Source: Antedon mediterranea (Eukaryota > Animalia > Echinodermata). From it: a DNA stretch of 64,000 nt. The translations under genes and the position numbers were made by a program. Below the pieces are notes generated by a model that worked only from the letters and a program-made list of their open reading frames with translations, made no database searches and had not been told where the DNA came from. The stretch covers positions 5,991,888 through 6,055,887 of the forward strand of contig NC_092676.1 of the NCBI RefSeq assembly GCF_964355755.1, written 5' to 3'. Positions 39,412 through 52,027 of the stretch are shown piece by piece. Each line of letters starts with the position of its first letter. Within the stretch, counting starts at the first letter, position 1.

Positions 39412-40422
39412 TTGAAGTACACTAAAAAAAAAGGACAGTATTTGAAATTATCAATTTTAGCATGCTTAAACTTTTTACAGATTTCCCCAAAGTTTTTGAA
39501 GAAGTTAATGGCACGGTCTAGTTAAGGTATAAAAAGGGTAAATATCTTGTAGCTTGACAAGTTGAAAAATGAACTTTCTTTTCAGCGTAAGTGGTGGGTG
39601 TAGAGTGTGTTACAGTATGTACATTTATAGTTGGGTATTTTGTAATTACCAATTTTTGCATCATTGGTAAAACCTGTAAAGAACAAATACTACACTTTTG
39701 ATTAAATTCAACTTGAGAAATTTGGTTAAAAACCAGTATAGCTAAATTCACATTGAACCCGGATTCTGTTCCAGTGGCCAGATCAAAAATGAAAAATAAT
39801 AGAATTGTTCACACTGCACCTGTGTGATCGAAAAACGTAACATAGCCCAGAGTTTTCTCTCTTAAGACTGAATCCGGGCTCAGTGTGAACGTAGCTATAC
39901 TGGTTCTTCAGCAATTTCTTGGTATTGCTGGACAGATTATGGGGTGAAATTTATTATCATTATCACACTGAATTGGGTTAAAAAGATTTGGTAATAGAGA
40001 GTATTCTTAGGCCTAGTCTTGATGTATCCATTTTGGTGTTGTCAATATAGCCTTGCACCTCTAGCTTTGTTGACACACATCTTGTTTCAGATTGGTGACT
40101 CATCATCATTTCTACTGTCTGTCTGCATTTGTACAGTAAGTATAACTGGACGACATGGACAATTCATCAGGTGCTAACTGTACATTCCACGAATTGTAAA
40201 ATTTTAATACAATTAAAGGCTTACAAAAAGTGTTTAAGAACTTTGATAAAAACGGTACAATTTGTTGGTTTTGATATAAATGGAATAGAATTGTAAGTTA
40301 TTAGTAAAAGTTAGTAAAACCCCTATTAAGGGGACACCTTTAGGACCAAATATTAAAGGATATCCACTACATAGGGGTTGGCTGTATTTGTAAAGCATGT
40401 ATGTTTCCCCACATTTGTTTCA

Positions 40423-40602
40423 TAGAGGTGTGCCTCCTTAATAGGTGTGTCCTCTTTATAGGTGTGTCCCCTTAATAGGTGTGTCTCCTTAATAGGTGTG
40501 TCTCCTTAATAGGTGTGTCTCCTTAATAGGTGTGTCTCCTTAATAGGTGTGTCTCCTTAATAGGTGTGTCTCCTTAATAGGTGTGTCCCCTTAATAGGTG
40601 TG
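40423..40602. repeat. 17-bp minisatellite, about 10 copies
   Basis: AGGTGTGTC(T/C)CCTTAAT in tandem. Confidence 0.92.
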
Positions 40603-40792
40603 TTCCAAAGGAAAAATTCTATTTTTACATGATTAATTACAAACCCATAAATCTTTGTATTTACATTTCATTTTTTTATGATAGAAATATGACTTATGAT
40701 AAAATGTTATTTATATTAATTTGTTGGATTAATAAAATAATACATTTTAACATAATATTTTATTGTAGGATCAGTAATCAGGTATTTTGCTA

Positions 40793-40863
40793 TTATCATT
40801 GCACAGTTGATAACAAAGATCAGATACTACACTTGACCGATTTTTTTAATGTTCCATAATAAA
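40793..40863 (+). promoter_or_regulatory. Candidate U1A/SNF-binding hairpin and poly(A) signal
   Basis: TTATC-ATTGCACAGTT-GATAA (40793-40813), AATAAA at 40858-40863, GT/T-rich tract at about 40884-40905. Confidence 0.5.
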
Positions 40864-41199
40864 TGTTAATTTAAAATGAAAGACTTGTTTCTTGTATTTG
40901 TTTGACTTCTGTATTTGCTCTGTCTAATAAGTTCAATACAAGCTCTGTCTACACTATGAAACTAGTTTGACAACAAAAGTAGTGTGATGTGCCCAAATAT
41001 AGTAGTGATATGGCCAAATATGGTAGTGATATGACATCATCATGTCCACATTATGTCCTATAAAGTTTGATAGTGTAGACAGAGCTTTACAAAGAGTCTA
41101 CCAAAAAGAATCAAATATGTTATAATTATATAATGATACAGCAGTACAAATGTTCTATTTTTCACAAGATCATTATTCAGTAGCATATACTGCCCTTAA

Positions 41200-41689
41200 A
41201 GGCCAGGTGCGGGCAAAAAATTTCTATTGATCATACATTCCAATAATTATCGATCTATAGTTTCCCCTATGTTCTCTATTCTTTTGTACACACATTTTGT
41301 AAATAGAGAGGAATTTTAAAAAGCTATGAAAAATAAACGGTGTGGTAAAAAATGTTATCAGATGACTAAATATAGGTAATATAACTTGAATATTACATTT
41401 CTGATATTTTTATTCAACTTCAGATTTTTATTTTCATGCTATAGCAAAAATTATCCACCATCTTTTTTCACCATCTAGGGAGTCACCAGAAATGTTATTA
41501 CATTAGGTTAACTACCTAACTACTGAAAAAAAGTCTTCCTGGTTTTTATGGAAGAATTTTGCCAAATTTGGTATTTGATACCATATTAAGGGAAATTCAT
41601 GTTTTTTCGTCTCGATTTCTGTTACAAATATTTGATTTATGTACATTTAACCAAATATTATATTTAACATTCATGCCTGTACCTGAGCT
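41200..41689. mobile_element. Old Kolobok-like element
   Basis: TTAA|AGGCCAGGTGCGGGCA ... TGCCTGTACCTGAGCT|TTAA, imperfect TIRs. Confidence 0.5.
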
Positions 41690-43142
41690 TTAAATCTCAT
41701 TTAAACCAATTTCTATATTTAAGTTATTAATACTAGTACCCAAGTACCTAAAAGCTATTTTTACGAAACCTAAGGAATCGCAAATATAAATTGTTGGTCA
41801 AATAGTGACGTCACAAACTACGTAGGATAATACGCTGCACTGCACTGAAGACATAAACAAGTAATACAGTACTACAAACAAATTTATATTTAGGCCTGCA
41901 ATTCTTATTAGTTGACTACGAATACTATGAATTACAGATAGGTTTACAATGTATATGAACTATATAGGCCTACTGTATTATACAATTTTTCTCGCTAATA
42001 CCTAATATAGACATATATATATAATAATAAATACTGTACTCTTTTACATAGTGACAATGGTATCAGTGGCTGGATCACAATGGAGATATAAATAAATTAA
42101 GCAACATACGGTATGCGAATGACAATAAGAAATGGTGTAAATCTTCGATAGGCAGCGTTTACATTTTAAAAAATAATGTTATATTTTTAAAACATAATTA
42201 GTGCAATAACCATTATTACATTTTTTAGAATACACAAATAAGATTGTATTTGAATTATTATCTCATACTTTCAAGACCTATGTTAATATGTTAAATTAAT
42301 TCGTGCGAGCCAGGGAAGACCGTGAACAATATCAGGGGGTACGGTAGGCTACGACGAATAGAAACGTTCAATGATGCTTATTAAAATATCACGTAATGCC
42401 AAACAAGAACAAATCAATGTGATAGTATGGTTTTAGTCGACCTCAATAACTATCGAAGTATTGTTGAATTTGCAATTTTAATGTAACCCAATACTTATCC
42501 ACTTTGACCAAAAATTGGATCGAAAAAAAATGTATTTACATGAAAAAACTGTATTTTATAGCAAAAAATGGTCAAATTGTTTGCCAGCCAATGTGTTTTT
42601 GGTTGAATTTAACACATTTTTTTGCCATTTTATAAGTGAAAACATTTTTTTCGTTTTTTTTTCTGCAGAAGTGATTAACTTCATTAAAACTATAAAATAA
42701 CATATTAAAAGTCTGATTTAATTAATCTTTTAATCTTAATTTTTCATGTTTTGGGGACAACATCTTTAAGCCAATATCATTTTTTTGGTCTCCTTTCTCT
42801 AATTCTCTACGTCAGCCTCCCTCCCGCCCATGTGAGAATTAGTAGTACACTAACAGATAAACTATTTATTTTAAAGAATGTGTAAATTGTAGTAGCTTAG
42901 TTATTTGTTGCGCTAACCCTAATTAAATTAGTTAGAGGAAGGTGATCCAAGATTTTTTTAATTTAACATATCAGTTATTTTCTATATTCTAAATTTTTCT
43001 CATATAATTTTTATTTTATTTTGGGGTTTCATGATGTGTGATGTGTTTCAATTATAAATGCAGCACACTACACTAGGTCGATCGATAAAAATTAATTCAA
43101 CATGGACAGCATAGTCTATTATTATACAGCACAAAGTCTTTG

Positions 43143-44738
43143 CTAGAACATAAAAAAAAGAGCTGTAATTCCCATCAGTATTCCTGTCTCGATTGGTTTT
43201 GTTGCTAAAGCAGCATCATTACACAGGTTTGTAGCGCAGCATCCAAAGCAAAAAAGGTCATCACCTTCAGTAATACAGCCTTCGTAACAATCAGTTTTAC
43301 ATCCCCTAACTTCAACCGTCATAATGCTAGTTGTTGCTGTTGAATTCTAGATCAGATAAACAAATATTAATACAGAAATTATGATTGAATTGACCTAAAA
43401 AATAAAGAAAGGATGAAAGAACAAATTTTAGTTCCCTTTCATTCATTATTGGAAAAGAAAAAGAATATGCATGAAAATCAATCCGCAGAAAATTTCTCAA
43501 GTTCAATATTCTTTTTCGAGTAATATCCTATTGTTATCTTAGGCCTATAATTTAAACTTTTTTGTGTTCAAAAACGGTTGTGAAATAGCATGTTTCCATG
43601 ACACCCAAATCTGATAATTATTTGAAACCTTTATTTTAAGCTTGGTTCACACTAACTAGTAACGCATACAGTTTGAATAATCCATCGCTTCTGATTGGTC
43701 AAGTCACTTGCAATGTGCTTAATACATTACTGCGTTGCGTGCTAGTGGGAACCAGCTCTTTATAGAAAAACTTACGAAACACACACCATCACAGTTGACG
43801 GTTTTCACCAGTGATAAAGTTTTGGAACCGATTACACAGTTTTCGTCTTCTACTGAACTACATTCATAGCAATTTATGGTCTCACTATTTACTACTGTAA
43901 ACAAAAATAATAGCTTCAGTCAAAGCAAGGAAATCTAACATCAACAGGACACTGAGCTCGCCTTGTTGCCAAGATAGGAACGCGTACTAGTCCTTTGATC
44001 TTATGTCTGGCTGCGACACATACCAAAAGTACTAGACTGCAATATGTACATATACCCCGGCATGACGCATGTCTGTTAAAAGGCATGGATCGTGTCGCAG
44101 CCGCAGATAAACCATTTGATCTCCGGAGCTCAGCATTCTGTTGTTAGATTGCCTTGGTCAAAAGAGCGCTCCAGATTAAAAATGTGTTTATTATAAAAAT
44201 AGATAGAAGTATTTACATATGAAATTAAATCAAATTCATCATATCAATAAGATGTTGTTAAAATCAAAATATGATAAACAAATTGGAAATGTTTGTTTGT
44301 TTTGTTCATTTTTCATTAGGCTGATTAGATTAAAATCATCATAAATTGCCCTTAGTTGAATCACATAATAAATAAAAACGAACAGTATAACATTTGATGC
44401 GAAAAATTAGTAAACAAGCAAACTTAATCTTAGACTAATTTAAAATTATCAGCTGCTATAAAGAATTTAGTTATAAAATTCAATGAAACTAAATTGATTT
44501 ATTTCGTCGGTGGTAGGCCTCGAATATTATTCCTTCGTCGACGAATTAGTAATACTTGTATACGCCTTTGAAGTCAAACATGATTTTCGTTGACAATGAG
44601 AAGCCTATAAATACCAATAATGTTATAACTTATACTGCTAATATTATTATTAAATATATAAACAAAATTACCTTTCTTATCTGATGCTTCACAACAAACT
44701 GTCATAATAGCAAGTAAACTAACAATTATTGAAATCAT
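43143..44738 (-). CDS. Ly6/uPAR three-finger protein, probably GPI-anchored (quiver/sleepless-like), about 129 aa, 3 exons
   Basis: Exons 44738-44672 (signal peptide MISIIVSLLAIMTVCCEA), 43894-43776 (INCYECSS..NC..CDGVCF) and 43346-43143 (VRGCKTDCYEGC..FCFGCCATNLCNDAA..GILMGITALFFMF*); CCxxxLCN motif and hydrophobic C-terminus. Confidence 0.85.
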
Positions 44739-47700
44739 AATTCCTGTTAGAAACAATTTTCGATGTAAAATCAATCGCAATACCTGCCCTTTGTCAAGCC
44801 GAGTGTTCAATTAAGACGGCACCGTCTATACTAACACTGTCGCTGGCTTTTAACAATAAAGTGACATAAAAATCCATGGAAATCACAACTGCCTCTCCTC
44901 TTAAATTAAAACTTCAATTTTGTTCCATGCGTGTTGAACTTTTGAAATCCATAAAACCTGAGGCACTATAGAACACTGTTAATTTTTCTTTCCACGATTG
45001 TTGGAATGGTTTTAGACGCCTGTACTATAAAAATGCATTTTCGTAAAATGCTATTTCGGTTGAACGATGACAATTGTACAGTAATTGGAGTTCTTGGAAC
45101 TAATTCACTAATGTAATATTTCTATCATCGCGTTTTAATTCGCCTGTACGCTTGTCCTCGTGGTCGTGGAACTTTGCTTAGCCTAATTTAAAACTCAAAT
45201 TGAATGTATAGGAAAACTATAATCAAAGTTACGGTACTCATCGTCGCTGGATATCTAACGTAGTAATTAAAATTGTTGACTCATGAAATATAAGTCTATG
45301 AACTGTGATAGGGTTCAATTAATTGTATAGAGTATTAGAAAGGTCCATGATTTACGTTGGAAATAATCAGGAACGCGTTTTTATCAAATTCACTAGAACA
45401 GAAATGAGGTTAATTAATAAGGCAAGCAGGAAAAATACGTAAGTATGTGAATGCGCTTCAATTTGTACCGTACTGCACGGCTGATGTGAGTCTATCATTT
45501 AGGCAGTGGAATGGCAGAGGATCAATAACAAGTTGAGATGTTGTAGTAGGCCTACAGACAGCCAAACCAATATTTCAGTTCACTTGAACTTACACATCAG
45601 TTGATGTGCTCACATAAGAAAGACAAAAATGATATGGGTCGATTTCATCTATAGGGAGGGGAAGCAAGGGGCGCCGCTAACTGTTGATAAGGGTATGGCT
45701 TAAATTGAAATAAAATAGGCCTATGTATTGCATACGTTATGCAATTCGGTGGACCTGGTGATACAAACATTTAATTCATGCGTTGATAAGATTAAGAAGA
45801 TGAGAAAAATGCTTGGGTATATCAAGTGAAAAGTGTGTTATGATTACATCAAGGGGTTTTTGACACGTGGCACAAACCTTTGTCAGCATAACTGATTTTA
45901 TTTACAAACAATTTATCTTTAGTTGATCACCGGCTTCCAATCAAAGTCATCGTAAATCATAGCTAATATTAACAATGTTGAATATCCTCTAATTGTAACC
46001 CTGGGTTATTATTCTTTGATTATTTTTTAGGGTGGGTAATAACTATTAGAAGGGGGGGGGGGGGGTTACTATTAGAGTAGTGGGTTACTAATACTAATCT
46101 TAAATTAGGTACCTGAAAATAGAAACCCATCCCCAACGTTTTCCGAACAGCAACTCATAGTAAAATAATAAAACAGTACGAATAAAAAAATTTGGTTGAA
46201 CTCTAACTTTATTTTATAAACTAAAAAACACTCAATCCTCCCCCACTCCTGAGATCAACATGCATTATCTCCTTATTTTCAAAATACGACTGCATCATAA
46301 GTTTTTGTGACACTAATTTAGTAACCCAATGGGTACTATTAGAGTAGTGGGTTAGCCTACTATTAGAGTGTGGGTTACTATTAGAAGATTTACGGTAATA
46401 TAATGATAATAATACACATTTTCTGGTTTTGTATCATCGTAACTATTGACTCTCAGTCAACGAGTATAACCTCTCTTTATTTTAGTATAAATATTATTAT
46501 ATACAGTAGGTCCAGCTGTTTAGTTTATGTAGGCCCTTCTATACTGCGAAGCTGCGGCTATAACTACAGTACTGTTAGGCCTACGTGTATTTTTTCTTTG
46601 GTTGCCATTTGACGTTTAGAAAATTAATCTGACAAACCGAAACCAATCAAAGGTCTAAGGTGAAAAGAATGCATGTAAAACATTATCAGTCATATTAATA
46701 TTGTTATCATAAATAGTAAATGGGCCTATCACATTCATAATAGTATTTTAAGCAAGCCATTCAATGCATAGTAATTTATCGAGGGTTCATTAACTGGTTA
46801 ACCTGTGAATCCAGGCCAACAGTTTCCCAGGGTCCAGCAATAGCTAAACAATTAATTGTACAGGTATTTCCTCAATTGTTTTACTAGTAGCTACCTACCT
46901 GGATACCAGGGGACTTACCTTGGAAACGCCAAGGTATATGTATAATCATATTGCTATATAAACCTTTTGATTGCATAGGCATACACATTTAACTATACCA
47001 TAGAGATATTATAGTGAACACTATATCTCTATGGCTATACTAACACCTATAATAAAGACAATGAGCGTATTAATTAGGTTATTAAAGTGTAAACGTACAT
47101 GCGTGTAATCTGCGGGTAATTGTCCGTTTGCCCTTTGATATTAATTAAGATACGCGAGTCATGGTTTTTATCGGTATGATGAGAAATCGAAAGTTAGGCA
47201 ATGATTGTGAAAGCAGACACGATGGCATATCAATAGGCCTAATAATCATAATAAATAATATTAATATAATAACAATCATACAATATTAATTACACAAATA
47301 TTTATTAAGAAACATAAATGTATCGTATGACGTCATGATTTTACAGCACCAATTTCTTTCATCTCTGTATGAAATTGTTACCAAACAGATTTCTACGCAC
47401 ACATTATTTATAATTGAAACGATAAAGCAAACTAAATTGTATTTAACACATATACTATATTAATAATATTTAGTAAATAATTTACAGGGCATAATGGCAT
47501 ATTATCAACTGTTTGGTTTCTACAAGTAAAAGATGGCAAACAAAAATAGCGGATCCAGGAATGTTGAATGGGGAGGGGGGAGATTATGTAAACATTATTA
47601 TACTGCAGTTACTGAAGTACATACAAGAATGATACAATTTCCTACTATAAAATGCACTTAGCTTTATTGTACATTTTGAATTGAGCAAAATAAATCTAGT

Positions 47701-47960
47701 TCATACAAATGCCATTTAATAAATGAATATATCATACAATTATTAAAATATGATAACTAATGAACATTTATATCGTGTTAAATTCTGTTATTTTAACAAT
47801 TTTTTTAATACTATTACTATGGTACAAAATATAATGGAATTTTATGTAAACAACCTGTCAAGATCATATTCATATGTATGCCTATATATGGACAGTATAA
47901 ATCCATATGGTCATGTCATGACTGTATTTAGCAATCACACTTCTGAGATATTTCCCTTAA

Positions 47961-48482
47961 AGATGTATTGTCCCTTTGACTAATTCCCAAAATTTTTTTT
48001 GTTATATTTCGAAAAAAAGTGGGTCATTTTGAAGTATCATAGTTATTAACTTTCACCAAAAATTAGTTGAAAAAAAACGTTTTTTTGTTCAAAAAATAAC
48101 TTTGACTTCCAGTCAAAGTTTTCAATCAAAACATATCTCATAATGCAACACGCCTGTTTGGCTACTCTGTATGCATAATCATAAAACTTCCTCGCGATCT
48201 GTTTGAAAACACCTTCTCAACCGTGATGAGTTGTAACAAATCCTAATTAGCATCATGCATAATGCATACTTGTGGTTTGAAATCTTTGTTTACTTTCGCT
48301 CGTGAGAATTTTCCAGACGAAATGTTATCAAATTAATTTACCTGTTAATTACATAAAATCGTTGTTTTTGCCTCGAATATTCGACTTAAAGTTAATAACT
48401 TTAATATTACCAAATGATATGGCCAATTTATATTTAGCATATTTTTTTTTTCATTTTTTGTGTTTCAAGAGACAATACATCT
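47961..48482. mobile_element. Kolobok-like MITE, same family as 701-1381
   Basis: TTAA|AGATGTATTGTCCCTT ... AAGAGACAATACATCT|TTAA. Confidence 0.8.
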
Positions 48483-48693
48483 TTAAGTGGTATCCACTTA
48501 GATGGAACAATTTTCGAAATTTTTATTTGTCAGTTCTCACTAATGATCTGCAAGGAAAAACTTGCATAACCACATCGGTACAGTGAGTGTAGAATCTTCG
48601 ATGGAATCACAGCTTTATTAGGAAATTGTATGACCATAAAAGGGCATACAGTTGTTAAATAGCACATGTTCGTTTGAACATAATTAACCAGTT

Positions 48694-51543
48694 TTACCTC
48701 CAACGAACTATGAAATATATAACAACGAAAACAAATAAACAGAAGAGAAAAAGCCATAGCAAATGTTTATTCTGGCCCCCTGATGCGATTTTTGATATTC
48801 GTTTCATTGATGACTCTAGAAGACTCTGGCCCTTGGTAAAGAAGTCACTCTAAAATTTACAAAAAAAAAAAAGAAAACTGAATAAATATTAGGAATATAT
48901 GGAAGATGTATTGTTTCCCTGAAAAATAATTCCGAACAAAAAATGTGTTGAATATTCCATTTTAATGTAACATAATAGTTATCCACTTTGACCACAAATT
49001 TGATCCAAAAAAAATTGTATTTACCTTAAAAAATGTAAATTAAAGTAAAAAATGGTCAAATTGGCTGCCAGCTAATGGATTTTTGGTTGAATTTATTTTG
49101 TCATTTTATAAGTGAAAACATTATTTTTTTTCGTATTTTTTTCTATGGAAGTGATTAACTTTATTAAAACTACAAAATAACATATTCAAAGTCTGATTTT
49201 ATTAATCTTCATTTTTCATGTTTTGGGGGGACAATACATCTTTAAGTACATTCAAACATTACATATCAAACATTATGCGACAAAAAATGTGATGTGCCCA
49301 TATGGACACAGTGACGTCATTAATACCATATATAGGTATACTACTATAATTATTTGGGCACATCACAAATTTTTTTGTCAAACTAGTTTGATAGTGTAGA
49401 CAGAGCTTTAGTACTCTAAACTATAAATATAATATTAGTGTGAACATTGTCATGAATCTATTGATTTCTATTACTACATTATAGAGGGCGACATTTTGAT
49501 AATATAATCTTTTCTTATTTCAAAGGATGTTATTGTTAAACTAACAGATTAATTTTATTTTTGTATATACATGTATATTAGGGACCAAAAACCAAAAACA
49601 AATGCAAGGCATTCTTTTGTCCCAAACCAACCCTTCGTCTATGCTTCCCTCTAAGAAAGAAGGCAGACTTAAAAACCCCACAAATTTTAAAGGCAAACGT
49701 ACTGTATCATTGATAAATGCGTTCTGATCTCGGACTTCAGCTCCCATTTCTATACTTAGCTGGAGAAAGAAGACAGAAATAATTAGGAATCATTAATTTT
49801 CAGTTATCATGTTGAAACACCGGTTCTCGTCAGATCACCAAAGTTAAGCAACGTTGGACCCGGCTAGAGCTTGGATGGGAGACCATCTGGGAATACTGTA
49901 TATGGAGCTGTGGTCCCATTAGGAATTTGGAAATCAGCACTGCAGTTGACATATACACCTCCTGTAAAACTTTAGCATTTATTTAAAGTCAAGTGTCAAT
50001 ATCAATCAATATTGGTTGAAAGTTGATAATTCATCTTTTTCCAAATAATAATTATGTTTCTTAAATAATACTTTAATATTCGTCTAATTTTAAGACACAC
50101 ATAAATTGGTTATTATTAGTAAATAAATATCTCTTCAATAACATATGGAGTTAGGGTTTTAGGGGTGGATTTAGGGCTTATGAGTGGAGTTGTGGCTAGG
50201 TAGTTATGACGCTTGGCTACCAATCCAAGGGTCCTGGTTAAAGTCCTGTCATGTCAGGATTTTTTCTAATGACAACTACAACAACAACTCCACTCCTGTG
50301 TATATGTTTGTCTTGTGAACAGGATTGTCAAAGATAGTGAACAAAACATAAAAATATATACATACTACTACTACTAGGCTAGTTTAATTAGGTTACCCAG
50401 TATAAATATAAATTTCAATTCAATTCATGCTTTTATCATACAATTACTATATCAACATTAAATTTAAGAGATTATTTCATCAACAGTGAGTAACATTTAT
50501 ATTTATTACTTACTGATTTTAAAGCTGTTACTTTTGATCGGAGTTCGTCGGTCATTTGTTCATTTTCTTCTTGAATAAAGTTACGATCAGGATGGGTAGA
50601 GCCACCATCATCTGAAAATATTGTATCAAAAAAGTAAATAATGACTGCAAAATATGCCAAAATCATTATCAAGTTAATTTTAAATTTATATTTTTTCATT
50701 TTTGACACGTTTGACTGGTCTTTATTATTATTAAATTTAATATTAATATAATTTATATAGGCGTACGTCCTATCATCAATCAGGGAGCTTCCTGCATCAA
50801 TCATCTGATGCTGAGATGGCTACTACAATTCAAATTAATAATAGCATATAAAACTAAGAAGCTAATAAGTACTACTACTAGTAGTTAAAAGGTCATCATG
50901 ATGGGCCTCTAGTTCACCATAAACTTCGCCTTATTCATTATCATTTAAACATCAAAACATAAAACAAATCATTATCAAGTTAATTTTAAATTTATATTTT
51001 TTCATTTTTGACACGTTGGACTGGTCTTTATTATTATTAAATTTAATATTAATATAATTTATATAGGCCTACGTCCTATCAATCAGGGAGCTTCCTGCAT
51101 CAATCATCAGATGCCGAGATGGCTACTACAATTCAAATTAATAATAGCATATAAAACTAAGAAGCTAATAAGTACTACTACTAAGAAGTAGTAGTAGTAG
51201 TTAAAAGGTCATTCTGGGCAAATGCAATCTAAAATGTTTGAATAAGATCATGCAGTGTAATAATAACAGGCCATGGATAGCTAGGCCTAGTAATTTCAGT
51301 TGAAATTAATTAAACCGGCCAGCTCACGCGCCGGTAGTCCCAGTTAGCCAAGCAAAGTCTCCCATCCCAGAGCAGAGATCCTACAATAGGTTACAGGTAG
51401 GCTAGGCCTACCTAGCCTAGCTATACTAGTATCATTATCAGTATCAACTATCATGATGGGCCTCTAGTTCACCATAAACTTCGCCTTATTCATTATTATT
51501 TAAACATCAAAACATAAAACATACATCCTGCTGCACGCCTCAT
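48694..51543 (-). CDS. BET1: BET1 ER-Golgi Qc-SNARE, about 109 aa, 4 exons
   Basis: Exons 51543-51525 (MRRAAG), 50611-50514 (..EENEQMTDELRSKVTALKS), 49759-49703 (LSIEMGAEVRDQNAFINDT) and 48849-48694 (..GGQNKHLLWLFLFCLFVFVVIYFIVRWR*); SNARE motif plus tail anchor. Confidence 0.92.
48904..49241. mobile_element. Short Kolobok-like MITE in BET1 intron 3
   Basis: AGATGTATTGTTTCCC ... GGGGGACAATACATCT|TTAA. Confidence 0.65.
49803..49912 (+). pseudogene. 5S rRNA pseudogene / 5S-derived fragment
   Basis: ACCGGTTCTCGTCAGATCACCAAAGTTAAGCAACG..CTTGGATGGGAGACCATCTGGGAATAC resembles invertebrate 5S (boxes A and C); the 5' end is missing and the 3' end is degraded. Confidence 0.8.
50182..50295 (+). mobile_element. 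tRNA-derived short repeat (SINE-like)
   Basis: GGAGTTG-TGGCTAGGTAGTT, anticodon-like arm CTTGG..CCAAG, B-box-like GGTTAAAGTCC; related copies at 58117-58240 and about 15350-15460. Confidence 0.55.
50661..51520. repeat. Local duplication in BET1 intron 1
   Basis: 50661-50893 is nearly identical to 50966-51212, and 50895-50965 is nearly identical to 51451-51520. Confidence 0.85.
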
Positions 51544-52027
51544 CTTTTAAAGCAAATTTGACACTGCCAAAATAGGATACACACACCACAACAATATTGT
51601 TTTTTACGTCCACGTCAGTTTTGTGGTTTTGTGGTGTGGTGTGTTTTCCTGAAAAATGACGTCATGATAGGGAAATCCCTGTCTCGTTCTTAGCATTTTT
51701 ATTATAATTATAGTTTCTGCTATTTTATTTAGTTATATTTGTATAAGTATTAGAAAAAAATACAGTTAATTTAAATATATTATTTTCATTATATAGTAAT
51801 TGTTTAATTATAATTGTGGCATTTATATTTATTTTTTATTATAGTCTTAGATTTTAATAGCAGACGAAGATTTTGATTTTTTCGCGGACTTTCGATTCAC
51901 ACAAAACAAACACAACGAAGGAAAAACAATACCATTTTTGTAATATTTTTCTGTTATATATAAGTTATGTATGCTAAATTACGAATACAGTAACTTGATC
52001 TATTATCAGTATTTAAAGTATTGAAAT
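51544..52027. promoter_or_regulatory. Compact bidirectional promoter of BET1 (-) and PKMYT1 (+)
   Basis: Start codons are 484 bp apart; CCACGTCA 51610-51617, TGACGTCA 51657-51664, GGGAAATCCC 51670-51679, TTTCGCGG 51880-51887. Confidence 0.75.

Noticed and set aside
49803-49912. Functional 5S rRNA gene
   Set aside because: The 5' end is missing, helix I cannot form, and no T-run terminator follows.
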